Source of the DNA: Squalus acanthias
Taxonomy: Eukaryota
NCBI GenBank assembly: GCA_030390025.1
Contig: CM059432.1
Span: 65,412,001 to 65,476,000 of the forward strand
Length of the DNA stretch: 64,000 bases
Direction of reading: 5' to 3'
Shown: piece by piece, positions 50,744 to 60,690 of the stretch
Numbering within the stretch: position 1 is the first letter of the stretch
Layout of the letters: each line of letters starts with the position of its first letter
Translations under genes and position numbers: made by a program
Notes under the pieces: model-generated
Databases searched by the model: none
The model's input: only the letters and a program-made list of their open reading frames with translations
What the model was told of the DNA's origin: nothing

Positions 50744-51592
50744 TTAACTAAATCGGGCCATTATGAGGCCACCCCGGGCCTCTCGGGCAGCAATGTGCAC
50801 CACTGCTGGTGTCCTCTCTACCTCATGTTCCTCCTCCTCCTCGTGTTCCTCCTGCTCTTCCTCCAAAGAGGCTCTGCGCCTTGCTCCTCCTGCAGCTGCA
50901 ATCCTCGCTGCTGTGCTATGTTGTGCAGCACGCAGCATACGACGATCATTCTGGAGACCCTGGCTGGTGTGTACTGCAGGGCTCCTCCAGATCTGTCAAG
51001 GCATCTAAAGCGCATCTTCAGCATGCCGATTGCTTGCTCTACTACACATGTGGTTGTCATATGGCTGTCTTTATAGCGCTCCTCGGCCTCATTGCTTGGC
51101 CTCCTCAGGGGTGTCGTGAGCCACGTCTTCAGTGGATAGCCCTTGTCTCCAAGCAGCCAGCAGTAAGTCTGTTGGAGGTGCGAAGAGTTGAGGGAGGGCG
51201 GACTGGCGCAGCACCAAAGAGTCATGACAGCTGCCAGGGAATCTGGCACACACAAGCATAATGATCTTTTTGTGGTTGCAGACGAGCTGCACATTGAGGG
51301 AGTGGAAACTCCCGGTTCACAAACACTCCTGGGTGATCTGGGGGTGCCTTGATTGCCACATGTGTGCAGTCGATAATGCCCTGGACTCGTGGGAAGCCAG
51401 CCAGAGCTACAAAGCCGAGTGCCCGCTGAGTCACACTGGCATCATCAGTGGCAGAGTATACATAAGTGCCTGACTTGTATAACATGGCATCGGTCATCTG
51501 GGTGATGCATTTGTGGGCGGCCGACTCCAAGATCCTGTAAATGTCTGCTGCAGATCCCTGGAAGGAGCCTGAGGCGAAGAAGTTGAGGGCTT
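50744..51592 (-). pseudogene. Harbinger DDE transposase (HARBI1-like, DDE_Tnp_4), frameshifted and 5' truncated
   Basis: [66 protein letters not shown]. Confidence 0.95.
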
Positions 51593-52494
51593 CTTGTGCC
51601 AGAGAGACATGTGCCAGAAATGCATCCACCCCCAACCCCCAATAAATGGGTGTCCGAAGATTTCTACCCCATTTTATCATCAAAATGCCATTCTTAAAAT
51701 ACATTTATAAACAAATGACATGAAGCTATTAATGTATATATCACCAGCAAAGAAATTGTTAAATATGTTGTTTATTTCACTGGTGTGAGTTAGATGGTCT
51801 TCTTCACTTCTGGAATAAAATCATATTCAACAACTTTCTTTGCATTATTCTGTGTGTGTGTGTATGAGAGAGTGAGAGAAGATTCCTGCACCATGAGCAG
51901 GCTCTCATTATTTCTGATGCAGATATGAATCATATTTTAACATGTACAAGATTCTTTTTGTTCATTTTTCTTCATTGTTTGCTTAATACTTGAATGTTCA
52001 TTTTAAATCCGTAATACTGCACACACAGTGCTCCACATCATTAGAAAAGGTTGTGATTGAAGATAATAAGCAGTGTGGGGGATTAGCCCAAATTGCATTT
52101 ATTTTACCCTTGTCATTCATCACAAATTCCAGTTGGGGAGGATGAAAATGAAAGCAAATGGACTTTTCAATCAGACCAGCTGCTGCAGTTTGGACTGGTG
52201 ACAATTTCAGACTTAATCATAGAGTCATACAGTAAAGGTCACACAGTCTTTGAAATATTTTACATAATAGAATATCTTTCAAAAGGCAGCTTTCTGCTTT
52301 GACTCCTAAACATCATTTCATTGCAAAATTAATAGAAATAAGGAAAGAGGCAAGTTGCAGGATTTTCTCAGATGGCTACCTTAGTGATTTATTTAATAGC
52401 TTGCAGGGAAATTTAGAAAACCCTTCCTGAGTGCTTTTAATTATGGCAAAAGTAAAGATGGGTAACAATAATAGCGTTGTGTTTAGAAGGACTA

Positions 52495-52945
52495 GCTTAG
52501 AAATTGGATTGCACCAGAAGTGGGGTGTGATCCGGGTGCAGCATAGGGCGCACGCATCTAAAGACAGCAGGACCACGGCAAGCTGGTCCATTGGCTTCAT
52601 TTGTATGTTATCGGCAAGCTGCAAACACCAGTCATGGCCCTGTACACAGTTTATTGGGGGGGTGGGGAGCGAAACTAACCGGTCGCGGGCTTACAGTGAG
52701 TTTGGCAGGGAGTGGAGGAAATCGGGAGGGTGTAAAGCAGTGGTCAGCAACAGGCTGGCAGTCTTAAGAAGCCAGGTGGAGTTTACCTTACCTTTTGGGT
52801 GGCAGCCTCCAAGGTCCCTTTCAGGATCGCTGTTTTGGCTGCTGTGCATCCGAGAAAACTGATCACAGCAAGCACCACACAAATCGGAACCAATTTCCCA
52901 AAGGGGCCTGAAACAGGCCTTAGGCCCCCGATTTGCATAGGCAAA
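52495..52945. mobile_element. MITE fragment related to 28985-29541
   Basis: GCTTAGAAATTGG left end; shared AAACAGGCCTTAGGCCCCCGATTTGCAT block. Confidence 0.5.
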
Positions 52946-53421
52946 TTCAACTATACATCAGCTACAATGAAAACGCTGGCTACTATTACCCAGACATTGC
53001 TCCTTCTCCTCCTCCTCTAGTTAAAGAAGTCTGCCAACTGCTACAGCTTTATAATACTCCCAAATAAAAACACACCAGACAACCAGTATAGTTCCATAGA
53101 AGGGTCTGTATTTGACATATTTTCAGGATACATGGAAGATTAATTGGGTGTTATTAAGTAAATAATTAAATTAACATTTATTTATTTACTTATTTTCAAT
53201 TGTTTGTGAGGGTATAAATCCCTCCATTTTCTCTCTAATTCTACTGGTCACCTTCGGTAATGCAACACCCGCAGCCAAGAGAATGGCCAGGTTGACGTCC
53301 TCCCACACCTACTCCAATGGGGCTCTGAGCTGCCTGGTAAGAGCATGACAAGAGTAGCCTGGGGATGACTTTCCCTTTGATTTCCTTTTGCTTGTGTGCC
53401 CCAATTCAACACCTCCCTACA

Positions 53422-53970
53422 GAAGTGATTTTGAGATCAGCGACTCAGAGTGGGTGGATTGAACCTATGGGGTATTTGACTTCAATGGAAAGTAAAATCA
53501 GGGCGGGCCGATCTGAACCCGTCAGTTTCCCACTCGGTGGGTTAAGTTAGAATTACCCTCCATACGTTGGTGCAGTTTATTGGTGCTTCAGATAACATAA
53601 CATTTGTAAAAAATAAACAAGTTTTTGCTGTCCTTTCTACTCGATAGACTGGTAAGTTGTAATATTGAGCTTTGATTTCTGCTTTGATCTTATTCCTCAT
53701 ACTGACACCCACATGCACTGGAACTTGACAGACATGGCTGTATCCTTTAATGATCATATTGAACAGAGATTTGTGGGCATTATAGAGATGATTTTCCAAG
53801 TCTGCACTGCCTGTGGGGAGCCTCGTCCACCGGCAGTGCATGTCAGGAAATCACAGGCAGTCGCCCACAATTTTCCATTAATTTTAATGGGCGGAAAATT
53901 GTGGGCAGTGCATTGTGATTTCCATGGTCGCAGGCTAGGCACCCCACCACAGATTCAAAAAACTACCCCC
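53422..53970. mobile_element. Two small degenerate MITEs (~53422-53560 and ~53786-53970)
   Basis: GATTTT / AAAA(C)TACCCC-type ends and central palindromes, e.g. CCCACAATTTTCC...GGAAAATTGTGGG. Confidence 0.45.
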
Positions 53971-54019
53971 TATTCCTTTCCATGTGAACATTAAATGAAC
54001 TCTGACTGCCCTGATGACT

Positions 54020-54150
54020 AGAAGTCTTTCACTTCTGGGATCTGGGTTCAAACTTAACTCAAAATAATGATATAAAACTTTTCCCTGTATGCTGCTTGTG
54101 AGGAAATTAATTGGGACAGTCTCAATACAGTTGTTAATGGGCGAACAAAA
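54020..54150 (+). mobile_element. Old tRNA-derived SINE fragment, possibly LF-SINE-like
   Basis: CTTTCACTTCTGGGATCTGGGTTCAAA (B box) and GTCTCAATACAGTT recall the LF-SINE 5' region; comparison is from memory only. Confidence 0.35.
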
Positions 54151-54971
54151 TGGGAAGTGTCCAGTTCCAAAGCACTAACATCCCTCATAGATGAACACAA
54201 ATTCTGCATTTCTTTGAAAAGAATGTTTCAGTTTTAGGCAATATGTTGTGGAATCATTTTCATGAAATTGTGCAATTTTAAACAGATCAAGGATTCCTGG
54301 ACCATTTGTGATAAACAGAAGGCATGTGGTGTTCCAGATTTTTCTCACTGGTTGATCCAATCTTGATAAACAGCAAGCAATAATACTGGCTCACTTGTCA
54401 GGCAAATTCTGGGAGTCTGCATTTTTCATGCCTACATTTCCTTTTAGTCAGCTGGGTGTCTGATTCATGAGGAAACCCATCACAATGTTTGAGTGTCCAA
54501 ACCAAACAACTGAAAAATTCATGTTAGCAGAGTTCCCATTTGCCTCATTTAATCTTGTAAGAACAGACCCCACTTATCTAAGTCTGGATAATCTTGGCAC
54601 AAATAGACAATAGCCAAGTCATAGGGAGCCACGAGTATGTGTAGGGGTACTGCTAGAGTTTAGCTGGCTAAAATAATGTGGCTATCCACACAGAGCACTG
54701 GTAAGCTTCATGCTGCTTGTCCTATTAGGACCACCCTACCTATTCGGGCTTGAAGGATTATCTGGAGAGGAATAGGAAGAATTCCAGCCCCTAGAGTCAT
54801 GTCCATCTTTCCAGGTTGAACCAGGCTGTTTGATCACTCAGTGACAGAGTCCTGAACTGCTGAGGACTCGGGTATTGGATGAAAGAGTCTACCACAAAAA
54901 ATTGCCTCAGTTCCAATTTCCCGTCACCAGGAGTGTCAGTTTGAAACCTACTCAACTCCATAGAGACCTCA

Positions 54972-55082
54972 GAGAAAAGAAAGACTTGCATTTCTATAGC
55001 GCCTTTCACGACCACCGGGCGTCTCAAAACACTTTACAGCCAATGAAGTACTTTTGGAGTGGAGTCACTGTTGTAATGTGGA
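54972..55082 (-). mobile_element. SacSINE1-like 3' tail
   Basis: Reverse complement of 14945-15056. Confidence 0.75.
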
Positions 55083-56434
55083 AGAGGGAGAATATTAATC
55101 ATTTTTTAGGGTTGTTCTGCTTAGGAGAATACTCAGAAAAAAATAAAATAATTAAAAAAAAGATGCTGTGTAGTACATGGGTCCACAGATTCATCTGAAA
55201 ATTTAAGCCTAGAAATTCTTACCATGCTCCTGACATTTCCTTGTCTGCTATTTCAGCAGAGGCATTAATGCCTGTATGAAAATAACAGTTAAAGGATTAT
55301 CATACAAACCTCATAAATGGTAGCCCAATAAAATCCCTTTTCAGTAATTTCTAAATTTTAGCTTTTCTAAATGCAATTCTTTAGTTTATTAAATTGTACA
55401 GTTAATTGGTTTAAGAAAATACGAGAACACTTACTTCATCCAATTATCCCATTGAATACCATCATCTGACTGAAATGTTTAGTTTCTTCAATCATTTTTC
55501 AGACTTCTTGGACTTGCTTAGTTAAGCGTATCTGTTTGATAGCTACTGTTAATATATTTTTCTTTTATTATCCACTTGTTAGCATGTAATTAGAAACTTT
55601 TACTGTTACACTTCACATTGTTTCCGAAAAGAATTATCCACTGGGAGATTTAATGAGAAGGTTTGTCCTTTTATCCTGGAAAGTCATCCTTTCACATGTT
55701 AATGAGTTAATCCACGTGAAATCAAGTTCTGGTTTCCTAGCCTATGCATATTCTAAAAAATGGATTAAAAAAAATCTAATTTTTGGCGAACATTGGAATA
55801 AAAATAGTAAGAATTAAATTAAGTCACTCTGGTAATAAGAGATTTTATGAAAATGCCATATTTTTCCCCATTTTATCTTGACAATGGCACCATTATTTAT
55901 GGGAAGGCGGGGAGGGTGCGGGCAAGGCCGATAAGATGGCCGAAGAACCCGGCAAAGCCGAGGACGCGAAGGTCCTGTCACACTTAACGGCAGGACCTCA
56001 TTATCATTCTTTTTCTTCTGTTTCTCAAACAGAGCTTCATCCTCCTAGAGTGTATGTCAGAAATACAGGCTTGGGTTCTACATAATCTTTTGTCAATGAG
56101 ACACAGGAAAATGTGCTGAAAGCTTCCATTATAGCATTTAGGATTATGTAATATTTTAGTAGGAAAAGTGGTCCAATCTGTAGCCAGTGTAAAGTGATAC
56201 ACTACAGTTTGCCTAGACGCAAATCTGAAATTGTAATGTATAATACTGTATAGGTCACCTATAAAAAATTTGGAATTTATAGGGAAATTATACAACTCCA
56301 TTTACTCATCTACAACAACGATTGAGGCCACAAATCTGTGTGTGTGTGGTCGGGGGTGAGGGTGTGGGGTGAGAAAGAGCACATCCCAGTGTAAATGCCA
56401 GGATGCACACTGATGACCTGTGACACTGGCTGCC

Positions 56435-56880
56435 CCTCGGTGACATCATCGCGACGTCAGGTGCTACATGTATGCTGACGACACCCAGCTCTACCTCACC
56501 ACCACCTCTCTTGACCCCTCCACTGTCTCTGATTTGTCACACTGCTTGTCCGACATTCAGTACTGAATGAGCAGAAATTTCCTCCAACTAAATATTGGGA
56601 AGACTGAAGCCATTGTCTCAGTCCTCGCCGCAAATTCCGTCCTTGGTCACCAACTCCATCCCTCTCCCTGGCAATTGTCTGAGACTGAACCAGACCATTC
56701 GCAACCTTGTGTTGTATTTGACTCCGAGATGTGCCTCCGACCACATATCCGCTCCATCACCAAGACTGCCTACTTCTACCTCCATAACATCACCCGACTT
56801 TGCCCCTGCCTCAACTCATCTGCTGCTGAAACCATCATCCATGTCTTTTTTACCTCTAGACTTGACTAATCTAATGCTCT
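56435..56880 (+). mobile_element. L2 LINE RT fragment
   Basis: MYADDTQLYL, MSRNFLQLNIGKTE, RNLVLY, TSRLD motifs. Confidence 0.9.
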
Positions 56881-56884
56881 CACA

Positions 56885-58044
56885 ACACAAATACTGTGGA
56901 TGCTGGCAGTCTGAAATAAAAAAAGAAAATGCTGGAAATACTCAGCAGGTCAGTCAGCATCTGAGAGAGATACAGAGTTAATGGCCCAGATATTCCGATC
57001 CCTACGGGTGGGTACGCGCTGTGTACCCACCCGTAGGGACATCGGATATGCCGGTTTCAGGCATGCACAGCGCATGCGCTGAAAACCGGCATTTCCGATC
57101 TGTCAAGGGCCTCTGCGGGCGGATAGTTCTTCATTTTGGAGACCCTCTGCCCACAGAAAACCCTTACAATTCTTACACCTGGTAAAAGCAGGTGTAAGGC
57201 CTGCTTTTACCAGGATAAGAGTTGAAAAAAGTAAAAAAACACATTTTTTCACTGATTTATCATTTAAAAATACTTTTAAAAAAAGGTAAGTTTATTTTTA
57301 GCCCCGTAAAAAACTTTAATTATTTTTTTCAGAAAATTACATTTTTGTTTAAAATACTTAATTTATTGTAATTTCAAGTCATTTTAAAAATGTGATGTTT
57401 TTTAAAAAATTTATTTAAAGTTTTACTATGTTTTTGGAGTGATCTCCATTCATATATTTGACAGGTCTTCCTGTCAAGTGTATGAAGGGAGATTCCCTTC
57501 TTTGATTGGCTCCCCATGGCCCACGTGATCCCAGGGACGCTGCGAACTGCCTGCGCCTCTGGGATACGTGGGCCCCGCGCATTTGGAGTTTGGAGAGCCG
57601 CAGGAGTGGAAGTGTGTGCACCCAGGAGCCCTCAGGTAAGGGTGTAGATTTTTCCAGATCGTAGGCCTCTGCCCGGGGGAGGCCTGCGATCGGAAAATAC
57701 AGGCCAATGTTTCAGGTCGATGACCTTTCATCAGAACTGGAAAATGTTACAGATGTAACAGGTTTTAAGCAAGTACAGAGGCAGGGAAAGGGGGGATGGA
57801 AGGAAAGAACAAAAGGAAAGGTCTTCGATAGGGTGGAAGGCAGGAGAGATTAAATGACAAAAGGAATGATGGTACAAGGCAAAAGGGGATGGTAATGGGA
57901 CAAGTAAAGAAACAAAAGATGGGTTTAGAGGAGGTGTAAATGGCAATAGCAGAATCATTACCAACAGCTGCTGTCCAAAAAAATGGGAGCAGTGGTTATG
58001 ATCAGACCATCACCCTTTGCCTTGCACCATCATCCCTTTTGTCA
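56885..58044 (-). mobile_element. Penelope-like pLTR fragment split by a MITE, with a short terminal inversion
   Basis: Matches 2740-3105; 58006-58044 is an inverted copy of ~57855-57893. Confidence 0.85.
56983..57705. mobile_element. MITE family D, copy 2
   Basis: TIRs GGCCCAGATATTCCGATC / GATCGGAAAATACAGGCC; TSD AAT. Confidence 0.9.
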
Positions 58045-60184
58045 CCTGATGAGTCTAGGACAACCATTATAATAATTTGTGCTGCACAAAGTTGTGAAGG
58101 CAATAACATACTATTTTGCTCTTAACATCTACATGTCTGCCCATCCAATTGTATTTATTGAAATCCATAGCGACAAAATATGTTTTACATTTAGATTATG
58201 GAGCCTGGCATTTAGGCAGTTAAATCTGTTTACAATAGACTTACAGATCCAGCAAATTCAGTCACTGTGGATTTTAATAGGTTGCATTGGGTGGATAGAC
58301 ATATAGATACCAGAGAAGAACAATTTAAAGCAGCTTATATTTAGAAGTAGGTAGTTATGCACTCTGTGGCATGAGGAGGATGAGGAGAAATGAATGATGA
58401 AATGCCATTTTTTTGTTTTAAATGAAAAAATGAATGAGTGGAAAGTGAAGCGGAAGAAAAGTAACAGAAATTAAAGGGAGGAGAAATACAAGAGGATGGA
58501 AATGATTTGTGTAGGACATTCATTTAATCAGTAAAATGTTTGAGAACACCTAACTAAATGGATGAGAATGTTATTTGGTAAGGATTAGAGAATCTGCCAA
58601 TGATGATCTATAGATGCCAGCTTTCCAATAGTTATCCAGGGTCATGAGATTTTAATTATACACAATTAATTTGTAATTTAAATCTGTAATTTACCTGGGG
58701 AGGGGAGGAGTGCTTTTATGCTCATGTGTATTATCAAGGATAGGCAAGTTGCTTGAGAAAGCTGCAAGGGAAAGCAAGCTTAAAATATGAAAAAAAGGTA
58801 TAATTTTTCTACAAGGCCGTCTCTGTGTCTTATGAAAAAGTATTTTTGACAGACCTTTCTGTTTTGTTTGTTTGGTGGGGGGGGGAAATAAACTAGGAAA
58901 TCTTTGCATCCCCATACTGTTATGTGTAAATATCACACTAACGCCTTTCAATGTGGTTTTCATCAATGTATCCTGTGTTTCAAAACACATGAAGAAAGTG
59001 GTGCCAAATATATTCTGATGAAACTGTGCCCCTTATGTTTTCTGGTATATATTTAGCCATTCCTTCTCAAGTATCAGTTTGAAAACCCTGGTCACTGGGT
59101 ACAGAGTGAAAGAAATGTCTTTCACTTAAAATAAGCTGCATATTGACAGTCAAACTGTCACATCTTGTTTACAGTGTTGTCCTGATGTTTTCAACAGACT
59201 AGTAGAAGTAGCACCATGCACACAGCTACAGTTATAGCTGCATTAAAGCCATTCACTGCACACTGCTCTTGAAGTCTTTTGTTGCAGTCCATATCCACTC
59301 TGTGGAGCTGAAGCAATGACATTATCTAGCATCTCCTCAAGATCAAGGACTCGAGCAAGAATGAGGCCAAATGGAACATCCATAAAACTAAATAAAATAA
59401 CTCCTTTACAGTGCAGATCTGCTCCAACTTGGGGAGCAGCACAGAAAAGTAAATGAAGTGCTGCACCTTCCTCCATATATACCAGTAACCACCTCAAGAG
59501 ATTTTTCTTGGGACCTCCAGAAGCAGCAATGCTGTCATTGGTGCAGGCCATCATTTTTCTTGCCAAATGGTAGCCTGAGCGCAACTTCCATAGTCATCAG
59601 GGAAGATCTAGCGCCCAGAAATAAAATGGAAATGAAAAATCATAACTTTTGAACAGCTGCTGATGTGTAGTTTGTTTGTAACTATCACAGTGCTCTAATA
59701 TTTGCCTGCAATGTAAATCGGATGTATTCCACAGCAGTGAGACCCCAAGACCTTAGCCAACCATTTCTATTTGATGATGCAACAGAAGAATCCAGAATGT
59801 CACCAATAGTAGGATATAGGATTGGTTGTTGACAACAATTTAAAAATCAGGATATACTGATAGATGAAAGTGAAATGTTGTCACCTATCAGCTGATTATC
59901 TGAGAAGTATACTCTCTCTCTCTCTCTCTCTATAGTAACAAACTCTCTAGCACTCTCTACCCAGTAATATATTGTATTATGCCATACTTAAACAGAGGTA
60001 CTTAACTGAGCAGAGTAGTCCAGCATACAGCAGCACAATGGCTAAAATAAGTACTGATCAAAGTTTGTGGGAATACAAGGATGGAAACAATTTCAATGAT
60101 CTCCTGATTTCATGTTATTTATAGACACTGATGACATCTCTCTCCAATTCTTGGTAGATGTGCAAGTAAAAGATCTCAATAGCT

Positions 60185-60540
60185 TCACTGGTAACTGCGC
60201 TGTGGAGTGAACAATCAAGCCAGGCTGATGCTGGGCTCAGTTGCTGGGCTGTGGTGAATTAACTGAAGTTGGGACAGTAGTAGGGGTGCTACAATTGGCC
60301 TCAGTTCCCTTGGTGTTGTGAGGGTTGCCGCTCCAGACCACTATCCAGTAACTCCTGCTGGAAAGTCTGCATGTGTGAACATTAGTCAAGGGCGGGATTG
60401 GACAAAGCTGTGATGCCTGCCAACACTCATTGTATGGGTTTAAACATGAAAAATAATCCCTTTGGCAAGATACCGGAGTGCAGCTGGTGCTTGTGAACCT
60501 ATACCCCAGCATTAATCGAAGCTTTCATGAGAGGAAGGGA
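60185..60540 (+). mobile_element. Ancient SINE-like repeat
   Basis: Homologous to 31150-31420 and 44745-45100. Confidence 0.55.
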
Positions 60541-60603
60541 GAAAATTGGAGTGCAGAAAAACACCCAAAATCAATCAGAAAATATATAACTCAAACAGAG
60601 AAC

Positions 60604-60690
60604 GGTAGCATAATGGCTTTGTCACTGGACCAGTAATCCAGAGGCCTGGACTAATGATCTGGAAGACGTGAGTTCAAATCCTACCACGGC
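60604..60690 (+). promoter_or_regulatory. tRNA-like head with Pol III internal promoter
   Basis: A box TAGCATAATGG 60606-60616; anticodon-like stem CTGGA-7nt-TCCAG 60625-60641; B box GTTCAAATCC 60672-60681. Confidence 0.8.

Larger units (their letters stand above)
48318..51670. mobile_element. Decayed two-gene PIF/Harbinger transposon
   Basis: Left end GGGCTGAATTTT, right end GATTTCTACCCC; convergent Myb gene and DDE transposase. Confidence 0.9.

Noticed and set aside
50744..51704. Host HARBI1 gene
   Set aside because: Frameshifts, truncation, a convergent Myb partner and TIR-like ends indicate a transposon copy, not the domesticated gene.
58046..58064. CTGATGA-GTC-TAG-GAC-AAC, hammerhead-like
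   Set aside because: It lacks the GAAA core and a convincing helix I or III, and lies outside the pLTR homology.
59243..59584. 113-aa ORF in unique sequence
   Set aside because: No recognisable domain, no clear splice signals and a non-ATG start; the length is compatible with chance.
60604..60690. Possible tRNA gene
   Set aside because: There is no good acceptor stem or T-run terminator, the variable region is extended, and it is continuous with a retroelement.
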